A DNA stretch of 63,372 nt, filler included, from Folioceros fuciformis (Eukaryota), in the NCBI GenBank assembly GCA_049999805.1. It is 4 parts of 3 records of this genome, joined end to end, with 100 filler letters (N's around TTAATTAATTAA, not from the genome) between each part and the next. Parts side by side here need not be neighbours in the genome. Positions count along the whole stretch, not along the records: positions 1 to 23,480 come from JBNGIO010006223.1; positions 23,581 to 47,735 come from JBNGIO010006223.1; 2 more parts are not named here. One strand, 5' to 3'. Each line of letters opens with the position of its first letter. The stretch's first letter is position 1. Under the pieces are notes generated by a model, which worked only from the letters and a program-made list of their open reading frames with translations, ran no database searches and was not told where the DNA came from. Of the stretch, positions 14,401-26,961 are shown in pieces. Made by a program: the position numbers and the translations under genes.

Positions 14401-17400
14401 ACAGCAGGAAAAGGGAAAACAGACAGCAGTGGCTCACCCATGGAGCGGTCTGTTGTGAGCGGAGGCTCAGCATGTATGTATGCAGCTCTCGAAAACCTTG
14501 TCCTCATTGTCAAACAAATTGATCTGGGAATATGGAGCAAGCCAGTATCTGTGAATCTGGAAAGCAGTGGTTCTAAGGAGCTATTTAGAAACAGCAGTGC
14601 AGGTGACATAAGGGAGTTAGAGATGGAGGTCGATTTTGCAGATGGCTTCCATGTCGCAAACCTGAAGATTCTTCGAGGAAGTGATGGTGTAATAGAGGTA
14701 TGTTTCTTTCAACAACGCCTTTATAGTCTCAGCACGTGCGCCACTGTGTACAATCGCTTACTTCCCAGAGTCTTTTGTATGTTTCTCTCTGCCGCATGTT
14801 AGGTTTTTGTCCTTACCAGATATGCTCTTCAAAATCAAAGTGATGTGTCGCTTTGCTATAGTGCACCCACGAAGAAGTTATCACAGTGGTAAATCAGTTG
14901 AAATTACCGTGGTGTTCTTATCAGCATTTTGTCGTGGATGAGGTTGATTACTTTATGCACCGTTTATCTTGATTGAAGGGGCTTGCGCAAGTTGAAGGAC
15001 CAGAGAATGGAGTGGCCTTCAGAAAATGAGATTTTGAAGTTGGCACCTCGAACCCGTGTATCTTGGCTCAACAGGTATAAATAAACTGTGTTTGCAGGAA
15101 CTTGAAGAGTGGTGCTCGTACTTGATGGAGGAGGTTGAAGAATTTCATCTATAAAGTGATGTCAGGTTCATTACCTTGGTATTGTTACTAACTCGAAGCC
15201 TGTTTGGATGTTCATCTGGGATCCAGATCAAACAGAGTGCTCATCAGGAGGCAAGAACCAAATGCTGACACAGCAGTCCTTGATTTGGAGTCTCTATCTG
15301 GTGCCATGGAAATTAGTCTGGGAGTTCAGAAGTCTGACACCTGTGAAGAGCTTGTCCAGCTTGGTGTCAAGCTGCAGATGCCATCATCAGCTGCTGTGGA
15401 TCCTACTAACGTAGTACAGTTTGTGCCACGATATGAGATAGTTAATGAGTCTGCGAAGGAAATATGTGTTTGTCAAGATGGCTTCCAGGTCAGCAAACTT
15501 GAACTTTGAGCTTTTTGATGGCCTGTTTGAAGTCCAAGTGATCAGCTCTCTGATTCAGGGATGTCAATTGATTGATCGAGTGTGATTACCATGAGCAATG
15601 GTGTGCAGGATGAAAGTTCTGCCATCCTGGTTCTGGATCCGGGAGAACGAACAGCTTTGCATGCACAAGTTCTACCAAATGACAGAGGAAGGTCCCATAC
15701 AAGGGAAGGGAAAGACAGTGGAAATGACTTGCTTTTGTCTGTACGATTCCGGCCACGGGAAAGTTGCTGGGACTGGTCTGGGCCCGTTTGCTCCTCGTCA
15801 CTGGGAACTTTCTGGCTGAAGATTAGAAGCCGAAGTGAGGAGTTGCGTAGCACTGAAAATGGGTCGTCTGTTAGGCAAAAGACAGAGACAGGATTCTGGT
15901 TTGCTGTAGCGGACTGTCAGGAAGAGTCAGCCTCATTGGTGATGCGGTTCCGTGCGCAATCTGCAGCTGCTGCACCTTATCGAGTTGAGAATGCGCTGCA
16001 CTCAGACTCCATGTCATACCACCAAAAGGTTTGTGAAAGGAATCGCAAGCCTTTTTTGAGTGGCCTATCAGAAATGTAGAACAGCACGATGTATTGTGCA
16101 CAGTAGAGTTAAGAATCGTCAGCTTTCCTTTTCAGATGGTCACGCTTATGTCACGTGGCAATGCAGGGCCTGAACGCCTCAGACACACTTAGACCAGGAG
16201 CATCAGCCCCATATGCGTGGGATGATCTAAGCCTACCACGGAAACTCGTGGTGACTGTTACAGGTGCACTTGAGTACTTGTTCATGCTAGGAACTGACGG
16301 GTTTGGTAGAGCCCCGAGCATTGATTAATCTGGCATTTTACACGGGGTGGCTGACTTTTGTCTATTGGAGTTCCTGCAGGTGCACAGCTCTCCCACGAAG
16401 TCAACCTGGACAAAGTAAGACCTTGGAAGCTCTTCCGGGCTTCAAAGCAAAGGAGGCAGTTCACCCTGCAGCTTCCATTTCAACAACAACTTCAAAGTAT
16501 CCTGGATGATGGTGATGGTGATGATGATGATTATGGGAACTCCAGCGCATCGGGAGCATTTGATGTGGGCTATGAAGTCTATGCAGAGGGCACAACTCGT
16601 GTTCTTCGAATCAGCGAGCAAGTTGATACGTCTGAGACTCAATGGGATCTGAAAAAGTCCATTCCTCGGACAGAATTGCAGCTAAAAGTACCCTTACTTG
16701 CATTGATTTTGGTCGAGGCTGAAAAACAGGTGCAGATTCTATTCGAAGCTGAGAACGTTTGGGGAAGTTTTGGAGCTTCTTTACGACCTACGTCAACGAA
16801 TTTATTTGCTTTCAATAGTTGTACTTTCCTCTGGTTCAGTGCTTGATGTTTTCTTCTATCACCTGTTGTACCCAGGTGTCATACGAGATTGAGAAAGCTG
16901 CCATACCATTACCCATAATATCCCCTCGGATGACGGGCGTGGTACTCCAAGCGGGTGTCACTTCTCACAGCACAGTCTGCCAGCTTAAGGCTCAGGTGAG
17001 CAGTTGCGATCAGTCCTTGTGTTTGTTTGCTTAGATTGTGGAACCTTGTCAACAGTGTAGGCTTTGCCTCCGTATCCACATATGTTGATCGAGAGTCAGC
17101 TCACTGGGTTTCAATGTCAGGAGATGGCTCATTTGAGCGTTGAACTTGCTGCAGCGATTAGATGTGGACGTGAAATGGCAGGGAGCCCCTTTTGCTGCAA
17201 TGTTACGGGTCCATGGTCAAGACCGCTTCACCAAGGACTGTGTGTTACATTTTGCAGCAGTTGTGTCCAACAAAGTATACCATCCAATGCATGTCAGATA
17301 TGCATCTCTTCTGCTCCAGGTCCGTTTGTGGGATCACTCAGCGTTTTGCAAAAGCAATATTTGAGTGTGGCAGCCTTGTGTCAGTGCTTGGTGTACTCGC

Positions 17401-19769
17401 AGGTTTCATAGTACTGTGTTTTGTGCAGGCGATGGACCTGAATCTGGATGAAGAAACATTGATGAAGCTTGCACCCTTTTACAGAAGCTCACTTGCTGAC
17501 TCAACTGCCCCCAGTCGTCAATTCTATTTTGATCGACTGGAGATCCATCCAATTAAGGTTTGTGCGATAGCTGTCATAACCTCGATTCGGGTTTTCCTGT
17601 GAAATCTGGCTCTAAAATTCCTGGATCTACAGATTGTTGGAAGCTTCATTCCTGGCAACCCACGGGCTGACTACACGTCAGCACAAGAAACTCTTCGAGC
17701 ACTCTTGCATTCCGTGATCAAGGCAAGGGCAGTCATGCATTCATCTTCAACTAAATGGATTAGGGACATGAAGAGGGTCTTTTGATTCGTGCTTGTTCAA
17801 ATCGCAGATACCATCAGTCCGAGGCAGGACTGTGGAATTAAATGGTGTCCTTCTGTCACACGCTCTACTGACTTACAAACAGCTGGCCCTGAAATGTGCG
17901 CAGCACTACTCCTGGTACGACAGGATGCTAAGTGCCCTGATCTGCAATTTTTTGGCCTCGCAATACTGGAGAAACTTCAGGGCTGGCATCTTATCACCGT
18001 TGATGACCACTTTTGCAGGTATGCCATGAGAGGAATATACATGGCGCGGGGAAGTGAGCTCTTACCACCCGCGTTTGCATCTCTGTTTGATGACACAGCT
18101 GCGGCATCTCTTGACGTGTTCTTCGACCCATCAAGCGGTTATATTGACTTTCAAGGCCTGACATTAGGTGTAGAGCTTACCCTTCAAGTTCTGTCTTTTG
18201 TTGTCGTTTTGGTATGAGGTCACCATCTTGATATGCATGAGGAATGTCATTGGATATGTCGCAACGAGCTGACTGCATCCCTGCTGGCTGGCGGATGTAG
18301 GCATGTTCAGCCTGCTTAGTAAAGGTATGTTAAGGCAAGGGCAAGGTGGAACTCGACGGTATTTGGGTGATCTAGAGAAGACGGTGAGAGTCTAATGCTG
18401 TCGTCTTGAAATAAGGCTATCTCCATTTTGACCCACTAAAGGGCTTGCGGAATCTATGTTGTTCATGGAGCTTATCTGGTGGGTTTCATTGGTTGCAGAT
18501 GAAGTCCGCTGGTTCCAATCTTGTCTTTGCTGTGGTTACTGAAGTTTCAGATAATGTTTTGAAAGGTGCTGAGGCTAATGGTCTGGATGGCATGGTAAGA
18601 CGCCCTGACCACGCAAGTATTTCTTCGTAGAAATCTGTATTAAGCATCGTTCCATGTTCTGGATCAAGGAGTCGCAGTGTCTTATATTAACACTCGACAT
18701 AATTTGAGAACCCGTGTATAGCAAGAAGTCTCAAGTGTGGTGTCAATGATCAGGTGACCGGTTTCCGAAGAGGAATTCTGAACGTTGCCATGGAGCCATC
18801 CCTTCTACGCAGTGCAGTTGTGAAAGGTGGCTCGACCAGACAAATCAAACTGGACCGCAGTGTTGGGATGGATGAGGTAGTGCAATCATGCCAGCTTTTC
18901 AACTTAGACGACAGTCCGCCTCGTTTCTGTTTTGCGGTTTTATGGATTGATGTACCATGTTGTTGTAGGTTTATGTCGAAGGATACCTTCAGGGAATGCT
19001 TGACGTCAGATTCAAACAAGACTATTTAAGGGTGAAAGTCGTTGATGATCAGGTAACATCTTGTTGTCTAGAGAGGTGGGATCGTGTTCCATGGGCGCAG
19101 TTCCTTTGCAAAAATGATAGTGTGGAAATCGCCTTATGTGTAGGTGACCTTGAAGAATCTTCCACCCAACAGCTCTCTAATAGAGGAGGTCATGGAGACT
19201 GTGAAAAGCTTTCTCATTGGAGAGGGACTTCTCTCCGAGGGGTCGCACGTGGCCGGCTTTCGGTCGATGAGGCGCTTACAAGGAGGAAATGTGATGTCCT
19301 TTTCCAGCTTTGTAAATGCTGTCGCTGTGCTGTACCAAATTGGCCCAGGAGCTTTTGCTTTTTCTCACAGAAGATTGGAATGCAGGAGAGGCGGCTTGGT
19401 CCAGCAGTTTTTGCTCTTACAGAGCAGCTTCTTGTCATTATAGCTGTCCGCATGCTGAGAAATCAGGCGAAAAAAGCAATCAACAAGCTTGCAGGCGAGC
19501 CGAAAGCCGATTCTAGGAAGGAAGAAGGTACAACATCGGGTGTGGCCAAACGTGAGGAGGCTCGTGAAGCTTCTTCGTCGGAGTCACCACGTGAAGAGGA
19601 TATTGACGAGTCGATACAAGGGCAGGTTGGACGCAACATTCCGAAGGCCATGTCCAAGTTTGTGCTGTCGAGTGCTGTAGCGTACGTAGATGGTCGGGTG
19701 TGCAGGCATATCCCCAATGCTTTCCTTCGGAGAATTGTGAGTGCCTTCCTGCTCAGTTTCATTGAGTAG
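5429..19769 (+). CDS. VPS13X: VPS13-related bridge-like lipid transfer protein (plant VPS13X / At3g50380 type), multi-exon
   Basis: Chorein-N-like start MGIPDSVRERVDKLASSLL; VAB-region motifs (WDWSGPVC, APYRVEN, YAWDD); C-terminal YFDRLEIHPIK, PPAFASLFDD and YVDGRVCRHIPNAFLRRIVSAFLLSF. Exons are linked by GT-AG and three apparent GC-AG introns. Confidence 0.88.
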
Positions 19770-19877
19770 ATATTGTGTATTTATTTTCACCTTTCAAATA
19801 AAGTCTCGTAAACGAGGCCGTGTGTAGACGAGGCTACCGTGAGCCATGGCCGTGTGTCGATGACGCTACCGTGAGCC

Positions 19878-20672
19878 ATGGCCTGCATACCTTATCAGAT
19901 TCCGAGGTCAAGGGTGGGGGCAAACCAGCTATCGCGCTTACCCAAGCTGCATGCCTCCCCTCCCCTGCAGCTGCGGCGGAGATCGCTGGCTCGGGGTTTG
20001 ATCCCAATGGCAGCGCAGAATGTGGAGAAGGAGCAAGCGGAGCGGGCCACTGGAGTTCTCTTCGTATGCCTCGGAAACATCTGCCGAAGTCCAGCTGCCG
20101 AAGCGATCTTCCGGCGGTGTGTGGAGAAGAGAGGCCTGGAATCTAGCTTCACGATAGATTCTGCGGGTACGATAGGCTATCACGAGGGCAATCCAGCAGA
20201 TTCCAGGATGAGGGAGGCTGCCAAGAGGCGAGCCTTGAACATCACGTCCATCTCGCGGCGCATCCGCCCAAGAGACTTTGAACAGTTTGAGCACATATTG
20301 GCCATGGACAAGAGCAACAAAGCTGACATCCTTAAGGCGTATCAAGCCTGGAGTAAGCAGGGCGCATTGGCACCCATACCCGATGACAAGGTCAGGCTTA
20401 TGTGTGACTTCTGTAACAAGCACACGCTCGACGAAGTCCCAGACCCCTACTACGGCGGCCCTGCAGGGTTCGAGAAGGTGAGCAGGTGCAAGGTGCAGTC
20501 GCAGTTGCAGTTGCAGATGCAGAAGTAAGTTGTGTTTGCCGTGCACGCCGATTTTCTGACCTCCCAACTGCGACCGGTATTGTGTCAGGTATTGGACTTG
20601 CTTGAGGATGCTTGCGAAGGCTTCCTGGACTCGGTCGTGGGGCATCGAGACAATAGCTCCGTTGCTAGCTAG
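19878..20672 (+). CDS. Low-molecular-weight protein tyrosine phosphatase (probably plastid-targeted); exons 19878-20477, 20589-20672
   Basis: VLFVCLGNICRSPAAE P-loop, DSAGT, DPYYGG; last exon VLDLLEDACEGFLD...*. Confidence 0.95.
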
Positions 20673-21997
20673 CCAAACGTCCCACACATTTTCGTGCATG
20701 TCCTAATTTGACAACCATTTTAGCATCGTCTCGATTCGAGTTTTCACCCAAGTTTTGTGCACTCTATCAGTTCTTTTTCAGTCCTAGTCTAATTCACGAA
20801 TCGTAGTTGTCTTGGGTGCCAGTCATGGTTTCCTCCCTTCATCATTGAAAAGGAGGTCAAATCCAGCGTCGTCTCCATCCACAGAAATGAACATGGAAGC
20901 ACCCGCCTAGTGGTGAAAAGGTGAGCATTGGGGGAAGGAGGTGGTACAAGCGAAACGTGCTCGCGGGACAGAGAGGTTGGATGGGGAGAACTTCATAAAA
21001 TAGTAAAAATTAACCTTAGGCTTCAAAGCAGCCACTTGCTTTTACTTGGCACGACTTGACTCACTCCTGGATAGTATTTGCTACTTTCTTTATTCCTGCA
21101 AGAGATCATAATAATAACCCTAAAATTTTATTTCAACAAGAGTTCCCAAGAAGAACGTCAAGCACTACTTAATAAGATTTCAAGACTGAAAAATAATATT
21201 TCTTAACGAGATAGAAAAAAATCTTCCTTCTACTAAGCTTGAGCTTGAGGTAGGGCTATGCAAATGCTTTTGACTGGACAATACTGATAATTCTAGGACG
21301 ATAAAGCTTTAAGCAAGAAGTAATTCCTCAACAGACGAAGTTACCAATTTAAATTGAGGTCAATTATTTTTTCTACACCCTTTTTCATACTTATCTTGTG
21401 AATCACGTTACTCGCAATATTTATGCAGGTTCCCAAACAATGTATGCGGGGGGAAGATGCTGTCACCGGCGTGCGGTTATGGTATCCCGGGGCCTGTGTC
21501 TACCCCATACCATATCATACCCATCAATCAAACTCTACCCGGCACACTGTCAATCGAGTCCTCCCTGGGACTGCGCCACGTTTTAGCTTCCCTCTTCACA
21601 TTACCGTGCGAAGGACAGTAGACTATACTACATTCCTCGTCTATGTGTTCAGCTACCTGTCCATTTCCGGTAAGATACGAGGTCTTTCAGAACTCCCGTC
21701 ACTGGAGCAATCCTTGAGTATGGCTCGTGTGTGTGACCTACGGGGACGCTACACCTACCATGTTAGGGGTACGTGCCCTAGGGTCAAAAGAAAAATGCCG
21801 ACCGACGGAGAGCAGGTCACTCTATTCAGGTGCACGCTCGGCAAAGCGAAGGGGCTGTGGAGTACCAGGGCAGGGCAGAAGTTGCTGGGTTGCCTCCCAG
21901 CCACCGGCCGGCAAGTTGTTGCCTCCAGCAGCCCTTCCCTCTCCAAGGAAGGAATCGAAAAAATCATAAGGGCCAGAGATAAGCCCCGCCCCCATTG

Positions 21998-23134
21998 TCA
22001 TTCAGGGGCCGGTGCCACTTCTTCCGCCTTGGCCCGCCGTTGCAGAAGGGCTTTGAAGATGGCAAACGATACCCAAGCATCCATGCACGCATATCTCAGC
22101 TGGGCTGGGTCCAGTACTCGCTTCGCCCAGTTACTCATCGTCACCCTCTTGGGTTTGGCCATGTCAAAGTGGATCACAAGTTTGGCCAGCTTCTTCAGGC
22201 CGATATTTTTCACTGCCGCCAGGCTCGTCAGCTCCACCTCGCCATGGCACCGCAATCCATAGTCCCGCTGCAGCTTCGACGTGTCGCCGGTGATGCCCAC
22301 CCCGCCCAGTTTCTTGTCCGGATCCTCCAAAAAAGCCGCCAGAGCTTGGGGCATGGAGTCCAGGAATAACATCTGCACTATCAGGCACTCGCCTGCCGAC
22401 GATATCTGCAGGACCGCCAACTTGTTGTCGGGCGCACCTCTGCGGAAAGTGGGCTTCCACTCGGCGTCCAGCCCGAAAAGGCTTCCGCTCTGCTTCCGCA
22501 CCCACTCATCCACCACGGCTGCCTCCCTCGTTAGAGTCACCGCCACCCTGTTCTTGTGCACCAGAACGTGCGTCTGGACCGTGCTGCAACCTGGCGCCGG
22601 CCCGAACATAGCACTGCTGAAAGTGATCCGGTCTGAATCGAACAGTACGGGCCACGCTCCATTACCCGAGAGCCCCTGCCCAGGTTGCAGGCCTCCTCCG
22701 CGAGACATACCCTCCTGCCCTTCCTCCTCCGCCTCGTCACAATACGAATCCGAAAACTCATCTGCCGCCGCCGGATGGTGTGACACCAGCTCTCGTTGCA
22801 CGTATCGCAACACCCTCTCCCTCACACCCTCCACCCATCCTTCCTCCTCCGCTGTATCCTGCGCCTTCCCATTCACGAGCCGCATATCGTCCGGTTCCGA
22901 ATGCTCAACCGCCGGCAACACCCCACCTTCGAGGGCCCTAAACCTCTTCCGGCAACTCTTACCCTGTGCGTCTGAGGACCCGTTCCTCCTTCGCCTCTTT
23001 TTGCCACAACGACCCTGCGTTTGGACCGCAGCCTTTACACAGCCGCTGCCTTCCCCAACGCACCGTGGCGCTGCTGAATCGCTGCTGCCGCTCCGCTCCC
23101 GTGCCATCCTACTTTCTCGACCCGGCATGCTCAT
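21998..23134 (-). CDS. Werner-syndrome-like DEDDy 3'-5' exonuclease (WEX-like), intronless
   Basis: ExoI GLDAEW, LAVLQIS, GVGITGD, MSNWAKRVL and ExoIII YACMDAW; basic/acidic N-terminal extension with NLS-like KKRRRR. Confidence 0.9.
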   Translation of the reverse strand: MSMPGRESRMARERSGSSDSAAPRCVGEGSGCVKAAVQTQGRCGKKRRRRNGSSDAQGKSCRKRFRALEGGVLPAVEHSEPDDMRLVNGKAQDTAEEEGWVEGVRERVLRYVQRELVSHHPAAADEFSDSYCDEAEEEGQEGMSRGGGLQPGQGLSGNGAWPVLFDSDRITFSSAMFGPAPGCSTVQTHVLVHKNRVAVTLTREAAVVDEWVRKQSGSLFGLDAEWKPTFRRGAPDNKLAVLQISSAGECLIVQMLFLDSMPQALAAFLEDPDKKLGGVGITGDTSKLQRDYGLRCHGEVELTSLAAVKNIGLKKLAKLVIHFDMAKPKRVTMSNWAKRVLDPAQLRYACMDAWVSFAIFKALLQRRAKAEEVAPAPE

Positions 23135-23443
23135 CCAAACCACAACGATCCCTTATACTTTGGCAAGACCAATCACACAAAACAAGGTACCATCCGAGCC
23201 GAGGTCTTAGGCCAAGCTGCCTGTCCCGCAACTGGGTACCACAGCTGAGCGAAAATCCAAACCCTCTTCACTGAAACTGTCTGGCAGAAACCATTGGTCC
23301 GCCGCCGACGCGCGCAGCTGCCCCCTCATTCCGCTCACGGGAGCGCTAGGGCTTGCAGCGCCCGGGGAGCCGTCCGGAGGGCAACGCCGGGATCGAAGGC
23401 TGTGGCCACAGTCGTTGTCAGCGTATGAACATATATATATATA

Positions 23444-23480
23444 CAGTCCACCCTCCCTAAATGTTACCTGTTGGGAGGAG
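23444..23480 (+). mobile_element. Possible Tc1/mariner-pogo terminal inverted repeat in a (TA)n tract, cut by an assembly gap
   Basis: (TA)n followed by CAGTCCACCCTCCCTAAATG. TA|CAGT..CCTC is a typical pogo-type end, but no partner TIR was found. Confidence 0.3.
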
Positions 23481-23580
23481 NNNNNNNNNNNNNNNNNNNN
23501 NNNNNNNNNNNNNNNNNNNNNNNNTTAATTAATTAANNNNNNNNNNNNNNNNNNNNNNNNNNNNNNNNNNNNNNNNNNNN

Positions 23581-25560
23581 AGCGCTCGCTCAGTTCGCTC
23601 CACCCGCTCTCACGTGCTCCCTCCCTCCTGTTCTCTTGGTCCTCTTTCTCTTGCCTTCGCCCTCCTTCTCCCTCTTGCTCCTTGCTCCTGTAGGGCTATT
23701 AAAGCCCAATGCGCTTAGACTAATGTGTTTAGTTTAATATTAGTGTCTAGTTAAGTATCATTTGTTTAGATTAGCTTAAGCTAATCCTTAGGAAGCTTCT
23801 TGCACATCTTCATGTGCGCTTCTTTTTGTGAAGCTTCCTTGGGAGCTCTTCTAGAGGGTATAAATACCCCCCTTGAGCTCCATTGCTATTGAGACTCTAC
23901 GTGAGAGTGTGACCTCTCTTTGTCCTCTCCTCCTTCACCATGTGGCTCCTCTAGCGATCCTTCAACTAGTATTAGAGCAAGGGTGTGGAGCAAGATGGTG
24001 TTGGCTCCAAGTGATGGTTGCAGGTTCTCCGTGAGGAAGGCTCCGGAGTGAGACAGCATCCGGGTGCCGTGTGCGGCATCCTGGGGTGCAGGGATCTCCA
24101 TCCTCGCCGTGCAAGGCATCAGCAGCGCAGAGCGGGAGTGAGAGCCAAGAGCAATGAGGCGCGGGAGTGGCCGCCGCGGTCGGCGAGGCGCGACGACACA
24201 GGCATAGGTGTTAGGGGCGTAAGCGTCGCGGACGCCGGGTGCCGGATCAGCACGGACGTCACGGGCGCCAAATCAATCCGGCCACGAGGCCTTGAAATCA
24301 ATCCAAAGCCGTAGGCGACTAGATTTTGATCGCAAAATTTAGGCCGTCAAGTTGGCTTGTGGACAGCCGAATCGGAACGAATTGTGAGGGTAACTTTCAT
24401 GATTACATTACATTTCGACTGATTTCTAACTAGCCTTTTGCTTGATTTGCATCGATTTTGAATCATGATGTTCTTAGAAAACGTCATGTTCAATATCGAG
24501 AAGTTAGATGGTACTAACTTCCTGTTTTGGAAAGAACAAGTGTATAATGTTCTAGTGCAGAAGAAGCAGATCAAGCCCATAAAGTTGCTAGGAGTGAAAT
24601 CGGTTAGTATGACCCGTGATAAGTGGCAGGATCTAGATGAGCTTGCTAGGTCTACCATCATGCTAACATTATCAAAGTCGGCCTACTTCAACGTGAAAGA
24701 CAAGACCACAAGGTACGAGCTATAGCAGAAGTTGTATGACCTGTATGAGAAGCAAAGTGCGGCTTCTCAGGTGTACTGGTTGAAACAGTTGGTGGACTTG
24801 AAGATGAAGGAAGGGACAAGGATGTTCGATCATCTGAATGAGTTCAATACCATTTTCAACCAGCTCTCATCTCAAGGCATCTCGTTCCAAGATTCCGTGA
24901 GGGCTATGTTTCTGTTGGTCACATACCAAAGAGTTGGGACATGTTTTGTAGAGCTCTGAGTAATTCCGCTCCTGCTAGTGGTCTTACCATTATAAATATA
25001 GAAGGTAGCTTGTTAACAGAGGAGGTGAACAAGAAGAATATGGAACCTTCGAAAGGTTCCAATGCCCCCAAGGTGAGAGGAAGGTCCACTTCAAAGGGGA
25101 AGTACAAGGAGCGAAGTCTTTTCCGTAGCAAATCTCATAGTCGTAACAATGTTGAGTGTTACCATTGTCACAAAAAGGGTCATATCATAAGGGACTGCGA
25201 GAAGTTCAAGAAGGACAAAGGAAAGGAGAAAAAGCAAAGTGACACCAAGGCAAGTCCGAGTATCAAGCATGACGAGATGAATTCTGTTGATGATGGAGAT
25301 GTTTTCATCTCTTCTTCCTTCAATTTTGCGCAAATGACAGCCGTGGATAGTCACTTATTCTCTAATTGGATAATTAACTCTGGAGAATCTTTCTATGTTA
25401 CTCCGCATAGGGAGTGGTTTAGCACCTATGATGCTACTAGGAAAGGATGTGTTTGGCTTGGAAATAACTACACATGCGAGGTTGCAGGCGTTGGTGATGT
25501 GCAGGTGAAGTTCAATAACGGATCTTCATTCATACTGAAGGATGTTATGCATGTAGCTCG
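23581..25560 (+). mobile_element. Truncated Ty1/copia (Tnt1/Tork-like) LTR retrotransposon: partial LTR, degenerate PBS, gag and protease
   Basis: LTR-like region with tataaata ends ttca at 23964, followed by tagtattagagc (degenerate Met PBS). Gag IEKLDGTNFLFWKEQ, zinc knuckle CYHCHKKGHIIRDC, protease WIINSGESFYVTPHREWF. Contains stops and a frameshift and ends abruptly at LKDVMHV. Confidence 0.9.
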
Positions 25561-26470
25561 AAGACTAAAGTGGAGTAAGGATATGTTTCTTTTGAAGGTT
25601 GGAAAAGCTTTTGTTTGTATTTTTGTATGGATAGAAATGTCACTATTTTTTTATCATATATTGCGTAAAATGGAAAAACACTTTTATGATAGATTACTAA
25701 AAGTCACAAGATTGGAAAAACTAACATCTTTCTTATAGTTGGATTGCAAAGTTTAAGCATCATCATGATATCAAGGAGTGTGCGAAGCATGAGAAGTTGA
25801 CAATTCACAATCAATCTAAGATAAAATGATAGTTATTAAAAGTATCAAACAAAAATATGAGCTTGAAGAGATATTTAACCTGAATGAAATTGGGTAGTTT
25901 TATAGGTTGGAACTAAACAAAACGTTGGCGATGAAGAGAATGAATGGGAAGAAAACTCTAAGGGTAAGGCTAACTATTGCTTTGACAATCAATATGGATG
26001 GTAGTTATAAGTTACCATCCTTTGTGAATCACAAATTCTTGAGGCCTAGTTGAGCACTAGTTGAAACATTTAGCAAATGGAGAATCTTGGTATTCCATGG
26101 TTAGGAAACACTCAAATGCTTGGATGTCAGTATCTCTTCTATTTGAGTAATTTGTTGAGTAATTGAGTATTTGAGTAATACGAGAGTTATGGGCTGCACT
26201 AATATATTATTTCTTTTGGTTAATGGTCCAGTGCACAAGATATCGTGTAAGACATAAAGCATATAGAATTATTTTTTTATTATTGAAAAAAAAGAAAAAA
26301 AAGAATAACCCCAGCAAGGCGAAAAGGTGTTAGCCCCTTAGAACATCATTCTCAAAATATAGGCTTCCAATTACAAGGATTGAATTTTTTTCTCGTAATA
26401 TTTTGGCACATTACTGATCGTTACATATGGACATGGGGCATTACACAATCTTTCAAGGCTATTAGCATCA
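25560..26470 (+). mobile_element. Degenerate pogo/Tigger (CENP-B-like) DDE transposase remnant
   Basis: My translations: SWIAKFKHHHDIK (~25738), EIFNLNEIG*FYRLELNKTLA...RLTIALTINMDGSYKLP (~25868), NAWMS, ILFLLVNGPVH, GITQSFKA. These match pogo HTH, IFNxDETG, AWMT, LDN and GIIxxFK motifs. Confidence 0.8.
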
Positions 26471-26961
26471 AACCTAAAGAGATTCAAAATGATACTTCTC
26501 TTCTTCTTTCTTCTCTTATTATTTATACTATGATGAAAATTGTATGGTATATTGATATTAAAGAAAAAGTCAATTAAAGGAACGTCATTAGACATTGTTG
26601 GAAACTCGTATGCTCCTCTTTGGTAATTTATTATTAAAAAAGAAATAAAAAGTTCTATCCAGGAATAAATGATTAAAAATGATATGAACAACAGCAAAAC
26701 AATCAAATAACATATCAAGATTTGTTAACAAGAGATTTATTAACTAGAGATTATATAGAAAAAAAAAACTTCTCGGTCACCGGAGGGATTTGGGACTCCG
26801 TCATGGAGGACTCGATTAGGGTATTTTCACGTCACCTTGCAAGCTCTCTGTACTGCAAGCAGCTACTCCTGCCAACTGTTTAACCAGGCAGCGTACGAAA
26901 AAATTCAAGGCTGTGAGCCGACTGATGAGAAACGGGTTGCAATTTGGAGGAGCTTCGAGCC

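Noticed and set aside
23525-23536. TTAATTAATTAA palindrome inside N runs (also ~47780 and ~62102)
   Set aside because: An identical 12-mer centred in three gaps is a scaffolding linker artefact.
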